From an uncultured Actinomycetota bacterium (GTDB lineage: Bacteria; Actinomycetota; Actinomycetes; JAHEKZ01): DNA of 64,000 nt. Where the stretch lies: NCBI GenBank assembly GCA_963829525.1, contig CAWHIJ010000003.1, positions 1,888,001-1,952,000 of the forward strand, given 5' to 3'. Below are positions 59,333 to 64,000 of this stretch, piece after piece (within the stretch, counting starts at the first letter, position 1; each line of letters opens with the position of its first letter). Below the pieces are notes generated by a model. It worked only from the letters and a program-made list of their open reading frames with translations. It was not told where the DNA came from and made no database searches. Position numbers and translations under genes: made by a program.

Positions 59333-60258
59333 CAGCCCCGTCCGGCGTAGCGCTCGGACTCGGGCAGCGTGTCGATGTTGATTCCGACCATCGCCTCTCC
59401 GAGCCCACGCGACACCTTGGCGATGACGTCAGGGTTGTCGTAGTGCAGGGTCGCTTGCACGATCGCGTTCGCCCGCTTGGCCGGGTCGCCGGACTTGAAG
59501 ATCCCAGAGCCGACGAATACGCCCTCGGCGCCGAGCTGCATCATCATGGCGGCGTCCGCCGGGGTGGCCAGACCGCCGGCGGTGAACATCACGACCGGGA
59601 GCTTGCCGGTGTCGTGCACCTCACGAACCAGGTCGTAGGGGGCGCCGAGCTCTTTGGCGGCGTTGAACAGCTCTTCCTCGCCAAGACCATGGATGCGCCT
59701 GATGTCGCCGAGTATCTGACGCATGTGCCGAGTCGCCTCGACGACGTTGCCGGTGCCAGCCTCGCCCTTGGAGCGAATCATTGCCGCGCCTTCGCCGATC
59801 CTGCGCAGCGCTTCTCCGAGGTTGGTCGCTCCGCAGACGAACGGAACGGTGAACTGCCACTTGTCGATGTGCAGCTTCTCGTCGGCTGGGGTCAGCACCT
59901 CGGACTCGTCGAGGTAGTCGACTCCGAGAGACTGCAGCACCTGCGCCTCGACGAAGTGGCCGATCCTGGCCTTGGCCATCACCGGGATCGAAACCGCCTC
60001 GATGATGCCGTCGATCATGTCGGGGTCGGACATGCGCGCGACACCGCCATCCTTGCGGATGTCGGCAGGAACCCGCTCGAGTGCCATGACGGCAACGGCG
60101 CCGGCGTCTTCGGCGATCTTGGCCTGCTCGGGGGTGACGACATCCATGATCACCCCGCCCTTGAGCATCTCGGCCATGCCCCGCTTGACGCGGGAGGTAC
60201 CGATCTGGGGCGTGCTGTCGGCGTTCGATGACACATTCGCGGACACGGGAGACCTCAC
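59329..60258 (-). CDS. pdxS: Pyridoxal 5'-phosphate synthase lyase subunit
   Basis: [33 protein letters not shown]; start uncertain. Confidence 0.95.
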   Translation of the reverse strand: MRSPVSANVSSNADSTPQIGTSRVKRGMAEMLKGGVIMDVVTPEQAKIAEDAGAVAVMALERVPADIRKDGGVARMSDPDMIDGIIEAVSIPVMAKARIGHFVEAQVLQSLGVDYLDESEVLTPADEKLHIDKWQFTVPFVCGATNLGEALRRIGEGAAMIRSKGEAGTGNVVEATRHMRQILGDIRRIHGLGEEELFNAAKELGAPYDLVREVHDTGKLPVVMFTAGGLATPADAAMMMQLGAEGVFVGSGIFKSGDPAKRANAIVQATLHYDNPDVIAKVSRGLGEAMVGINIDTLPESERYAGRGW

Positions 60259-60348
60259 TCAGGCGGTGTACGGGCGCCGAGCCAGGACTCCCCTGGCGAC
60301 CGGCGATACCTCATCGTACGGGGCGTGCGGCTTCCCCGCCCCCGCGGC

Positions 60349-61365
60349 TCAACGGATCTGCGGGCGGCGGTCGTTATCGAGGAGGACGATCCATACCTGA
60401 CCGGGGTCGAGCGCGATCTCGTCTCCCCGGTACTCCCAGGTGGTACCTGCCTCGGCGTTGGGCCGCGACCAGGTGACCGGCCAGACCTCCCCGTCGCGGA
60501 ACATCCAGGCTTCGCCCTTGCCGACCGTCTCGGTAGTCGGCGTCGGTGCGCCGTTGGGGTCGACGATGTCGGAGGGGTAGACATCGACCCGCTGGATGAT
60601 GACGGTCGTTCCACCAAGCTGCGGCCCATCGGTGGTCATCGACGGGGAGCCATCCATCGAGAGCAGCCACCGGTCGTCCTTCTTCGACCACTCGAACTTG
60701 GCCTCCGCGCTCGGCCAGAACGCAGTTACCTCCCGGACCTTTCGCCCCCCTGGCGGCATTTCGTCATCGAAGGTGAATCCGACGTCTTTGGCTACGGTCG
60801 CGTTGCGCGCGCCCTTCAGGAGTTGGCGAGGATCGGCAAAGAGGTCCCACGGCGCCGAGCGATCCGGGTTGCGGCTGTAGCCAGCCGCACCGGCGTCATT
60901 GCTCAGCGGATAGAGCGGAGCCTGCGCGATCTGGGCGAGAACTCTTGGGTTGGCTCCGCTGAAGGCGAAGGCAACCTTGCCGTACTGCTCCAGGATCTCC
61001 AGGTCACTCACCCTGGCGCTGCGGACCGGCCCCATGACCTTTGGATATCTGGACGAAAAGATCCCCATCATCCGGGTCAGCCCGTACTCGACCTCTTCGA
61101 TGTAGACCACATCTGCAGCCATCAAGCCCGCATGTGGATGGCTGTTCACGGTGTTGTCGAACTTGACGGCGAGTACCTGCCCGTCCTTACCCCGGCGGCC
61201 GGAGAGCAGCGTCGTTGGCGGCTCTGGCGTCGGTGATGCGGCCGGTGTCGGCGACGGGACGGCCGGTGCAGCCGCCGGCTCACCGGAGTTGAAGGCCACG
61301 AAGGAGCCGCCGGCAACGATGGCCGCTGCACCCAGGCCAGCCAGTACCCCCCACTTACGATTCAT
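60349..61365 (-). CDS. DUF3048 domain protein (membrane-anchored)
   Basis: AVKFDN, GLMAADVVYIEEVEYGLTR, GPVRSAR, LDPGQVW. Confidence 0.8.
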   Translation of the reverse strand: MNRKWGVLAGLGAAAIVAGGSFVAFNSGEPAAAPAVPSPTPAASPTPEPPTTLLSGRRGKDGQVLAVKFDNTVNSHPHAGLMAADVVYIEEVEYGLTRMMGIFSSRYPKVMGPVRSARVSDLEILEQYGKVAFAFSGANPRVLAQIAQAPLYPLSNDAGAAGYSRNPDRSAPWDLFADPRQLLKGARNATVAKDVGFTFDDEMPPGGRKVREVTAFWPSAEAKFEWSKKDDRWLLSMDGSPSMTTDGPQLGGTTVIIQRVDVYPSDIVDPNGAPTPTTETVGKGEAWMFRDGEVWPVTWSRPNAEAGTTWEYRGDEIALDPGQVWIVLLDNDRRPQIR

Positions 61366-61375
61366 GCATTCCAGG

Positions 61376-61942
61376 CTATGCGGAATCAAGGGCGAACTGA
61401 GCCAAGGCGTCCGGCGGCGCGTCGTCGAGGTCGCGGCTCTGCGGCCACGGCGCGTGGCCCGCCAAGCGCAGGGCCTTCACAACACCGCGCCGCCTGACGG
61501 CTACCGCGGCCCTGACTGAGTCGTTGGCAAAGCGCCTCGCCAGCACCACTCCCTGACCGACCTCGGCCAACTCGGCGAGCAAAATCTGAGAATCGGGGTC
61601 AGCGGCGAGCTCCTCGACGGTTTCCTGGTCACCGAAGACAGCGCGCAGCGCCCTACTCAGATCGCTCTCGGCAGCCATCCGAATGGGTCCTGTGCGCTCG
61701 GTGTGCTGAGCCGCCGACGCTGCATCGAGAAGCAGCACGGCACTGACCGGGTCCAAGCCACCTTCCAAGGCCACCTCGCGGGTCAGCGCTGCTCGACGCT
61801 CCAGCCGAGCGTCGAGCACTGCCTCAGATGCCTCCACCCGCAGGTGCAGCCGATCCAGCCGCGCAGCCAGACCGCGGACATAAAGCCCCAGAAACAGCAC
61901 GGGCAGGACGAGCAGGACCAGCGCCAGCTCCCAGCCGTTCAC
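61376..61942 (-). CDS. Conserved membrane-anchored hypothetical protein downstream of pimA
   Basis: TM helix, ARLDRLHLRVE...LDARLERRA, LARRFAND, LRLAGHAP. Confidence 0.7.
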   Translation of the reverse strand: MNGWELALVLLVLPVLFLGLYVRGLAARLDRLHLRVEASEAVLDARLERRAALTREVALEGGLDPVSAVLLLDAASAAQHTERTGPIRMAAESDLSRALRAVFGDQETVEELAADPDSQILLAELAEVGQGVVLARRFANDSVRAAVAVRRRGVVKALRLAGHAPWPQSRDLDDAPPDALAQFALDSA

Positions 61943-63198
61943 CGGCTCTCTCCCTCATCGGAACTGGCGGAATCGCGTCCAGCATCATGAGCCGCGGTTG
62001 CATCCGAACTCAGACCACTGGGTGCACTCCCACCGCGTCCCCTCAGCCGACCCGCGAACATGCCCGGGCCTTGGCGGTCATCTTCTTGAACCTTCTCGCC
62101 GTGGCCCGCGATCGTGTCGTAGACCGCGATCACTTGCCTGGCCACTCGGGTCCAGTCGTACTCGCGAGCTCGCGCCGACCCCGCAACCGTCAGCTCAGCG
62201 CGTCGACCTTGGTCGGCCAGCAGGGCTGAGGCAGCGCTCGCCAAAGCAGCCGCATTGCCTGTGGCGAAGAGGGCCCCACATCGGCCACCGTCCAAAACGT
62301 CCTGGAAGGCAGGTAGATCACTGGCCAAGACCGGGCTGCCAGCCGCCATCGCTTCCAACAGCACGATTCCAAAGCTCTCGCCACCTATGTGGGGTGCTAC
62401 ATACAGGTCGACGGAGGAAAGCAGTGCAGCCTTCTCCTGCTCGCTGACTCGCCCCAGCAGGTGAACCCGACGAGCGATATCAGCAGGTAGGTCCTCCAGA
62501 GCGTTGGTCTCCCCCGGCCCCGCGACGAGGAGTTGCAGGTCAGGACACTCGGCGGCCATCGCGGGCAGCGCCGCTAGGAGTACCTCAAGGCCCTTGCGTG
62601 ACTCGTCCACCCTGCCCAAAAAGGCGATGCTGCCCGGTCTGGACCACTCCGGACGGGAGGCGGCAGAGGCAAACCGCTCCACATCGACGCCGTTGGGGAC
62701 GAGCACGGCGTCTCCGCCGAGGTGCTCAACGACAGTGCGGCGAGCCTCCTCGCTCACGGCGATCCTTGCCCGAACCTTCTCCAATGTGGCCTGGAGAATC
62801 CAGGCGCCGCCGCTCATCATTCTTGACCGGCCGTCGATCGCTGCATGAAACGTCGCCACGATTGGTCCGATCGCCGACCAGCAGGCCATCATCCCGAGGC
62901 TTGGCGTGACCGGGGAGTGGACGTGCAACACGTCAAACTCCCCCTCACGGATCCACCGCCTCACCCGGGAGGCCGAGCGCGGCCCGAAGGAGACGCGGGC
63001 CACCGAGCCGTTGTACGGGACCGGGATCGATCGACCGGCGATGGTCACGTAGTCGGCTCGCTCCTCCGATTCATCGCCTGGCGCGAGGACCGACACGTCG
63101 AGCCCGACGTCGATGAGCGCCTCAGCCAGATCGTGCACATGAATCGCGACGCCGCTCGGCACGTTCCAGTCATAGGGGCAGACGATGCCGACCTTCAT
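61939..63198 (-). CDS. pimA: Phosphatidyl-myo-inositol alpha-mannosyltransferase (GT4)
   Basis: VGIVCPY, VPYNGSVAR, ESRKG, GESFGIVLLEAMAAG; follows the acyltransferase gene. Confidence 0.88.
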   Translation of the reverse strand: MKVGIVCPYDWNVPSGVAIHVHDLAEALIDVGLDVSVLAPGDESEERADYVTIAGRSIPVPYNGSVARVSFGPRSASRVRRWIREGEFDVLHVHSPVTPSLGMMACWSAIGPIVATFHAAIDGRSRMMSGGAWILQATLEKVRARIAVSEEARRTVVEHLGGDAVLVPNGVDVERFASAASRPEWSRPGSIAFLGRVDESRKGLEVLLAALPAMAAECPDLQLLVAGPGETNALEDLPADIARRVHLLGRVSEQEKAALLSSVDLYVAPHIGGESFGIVLLEAMAAGSPVLASDLPAFQDVLDGGRCGALFATGNAAALASAASALLADQGRRAELTVAGSARAREYDWTRVARQVIAVYDTIAGHGEKVQEDDRQGPGMFAGRLRGRGGSAPSGLSSDATAAHDAGRDSASSDEGESR

Positions 63199-64000
63199 TG
63201 CGCCTCCCCCGTCGCCGATCCAGATGACCCTTCCCGCTCAGCAGCAGCAGAGACCAGATCTGCAGTCCAGACCGGCTGCAGCATGTGCCAGTCACGGGCA
63301 CGATCACGGGCGGCTTGCCCGACGATTGTCGCCCACTGCTGGGTGAGGTCTTTGACCCCGTCACGCACACGAGGCGCCGAGGTCGACAGCGGCGGTAAGA
63401 AATCGATCCTCGTGTGGGTGCTGTCGTAGGAGGAGAGGACGGGTAGGAGGACCGAGCCGGTGCGCAGGGCCAAGAGGGCGGGGCCTGCCGGAAGCTTGGC
63501 CGGCTCGCCGAGCAGGTCGACATCCAGACCGGCGCCGCCGAGATCGCGATCTGCAAGGAGCGCCACAAGCCCGCCTGCACGCAGTCGTTCCTGGAGAACC
63601 CCGGCGACGTCAGGTCCGCCGGTGAGAGGTACGACCTCCATCCCGAGGGACTCGCGGTAGGCAACGAACCGGTCGTACAGCGACTCCGGCCTCAGCCGTT
63701 CGGCGACAGTGGTGAACGGCACACCCTGCGTCGTCACCCAGGCCCCGCCGTGGTCCCAGTTGCCGAAGTGCCCCAGCACCGCCACGACCCCTTGGCCGGA
63801 CGCCAGCGGATCGAAGAGCCGCTCCGGATTGCTGGCGACCAAGCGGGCGCGGATCTCGTCCCTCGACCACTGCGGGAGCCGGAAGGCCTCCCGCCAGTAC
63901 CGCAGGTAGGAGCGCATGGCCGTCTGGGTCAACTCATTCAGCTCACCTTCGCCCAGCTCGGGACGAGCGCGCGCAAGGTTGGCGCGCAGCTGCATCACCC
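63195..64000 (-). CDS. patA: Phosphatidylinositol mannoside acyltransferase (5' end outside the window)
   Basis: RSYLRYWREAFRLP, HFGNWD, VAERLRPE, DWHMLQPVW. Confidence 0.88.
   Translation of the reverse strand, partial: VMQLRANLARARPELGEGELNELTQTAMRSYLRYWREAFRLPQWSRDEIRARLVASNPERLFDPLASGQGVVAVLGHFGNWDHGGAWVTTQGVPFTTVAERLRPESLYDRFVAYRESLGMEVVPLTGGPDVAGVLQERLRAGGLVALLADRDLGGAGLDVDLLGEPAKLPAGPALLALRTGSVLLPVLSSYDSTHTRIDFLPPLSTSAPRVRDGVKDLTQQWATIVGQAARDRARDWHMLQPVWTADLVSAAAEREGSSGSATGEAQ

Noticed and set aside
1-64000. Numerous long overlapping antisense or alternate-frame ORFs in the ORF track
   Set aside because: Expected in high-GC DNA; they overlap well-supported genes and lack recognisable motifs.

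Overview
High-GC actinobacterial chromosomal segment, mostly on the minus strand. The housekeeping backbone runs patA-pimA-pdxST-yebC-ruvCAB-yajC-secDF-rel / DUF349-ppiB / hisS-aspS-rarA-alaS-ruvX-mltG-aroE ... aroCKBQ-pepQ-efp-nusB / tRNA-Leu(CAA) / liv-type ABC transporter / polA, with a probable rpsA leader at the left edge. The main accessory feature is a ~16.5 kb block between aroE and aroC. It contains a complete monoderm type IV pilus (T4aP) locus (pilB, pilT, pilC, major pilin, three minor pilins, pilD, pilMNO, one unknown gene), preceded by an MglB-like roadblock protein, a DUF4388 protein, an MglA-like small GTPase and a small unknown protein. Six copies of a sigma28 (FliA/WhiG)-type promoter motif, CT(C/A)AAG-N14/15-G(C/T)CGA(A/T), head transcription units of this block, including the GTPase module. 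A c-di-GMP-I riboswitch lies in the major pilin leader. Separately, the liv substrate-binding lipoprotein looks circularly permuted. A small DNA-damage-linked accessory patch between yebC and ruvC carries a LexA box, a PafBC-type promoter, a DUF222/HNH gene and gene remnants. Many genes, including essential alaS, have single-base frameshifts that are most likely sequencing or assembly indels. All calls come from reading the sequence and ORF translations by eye; no database searches were run.
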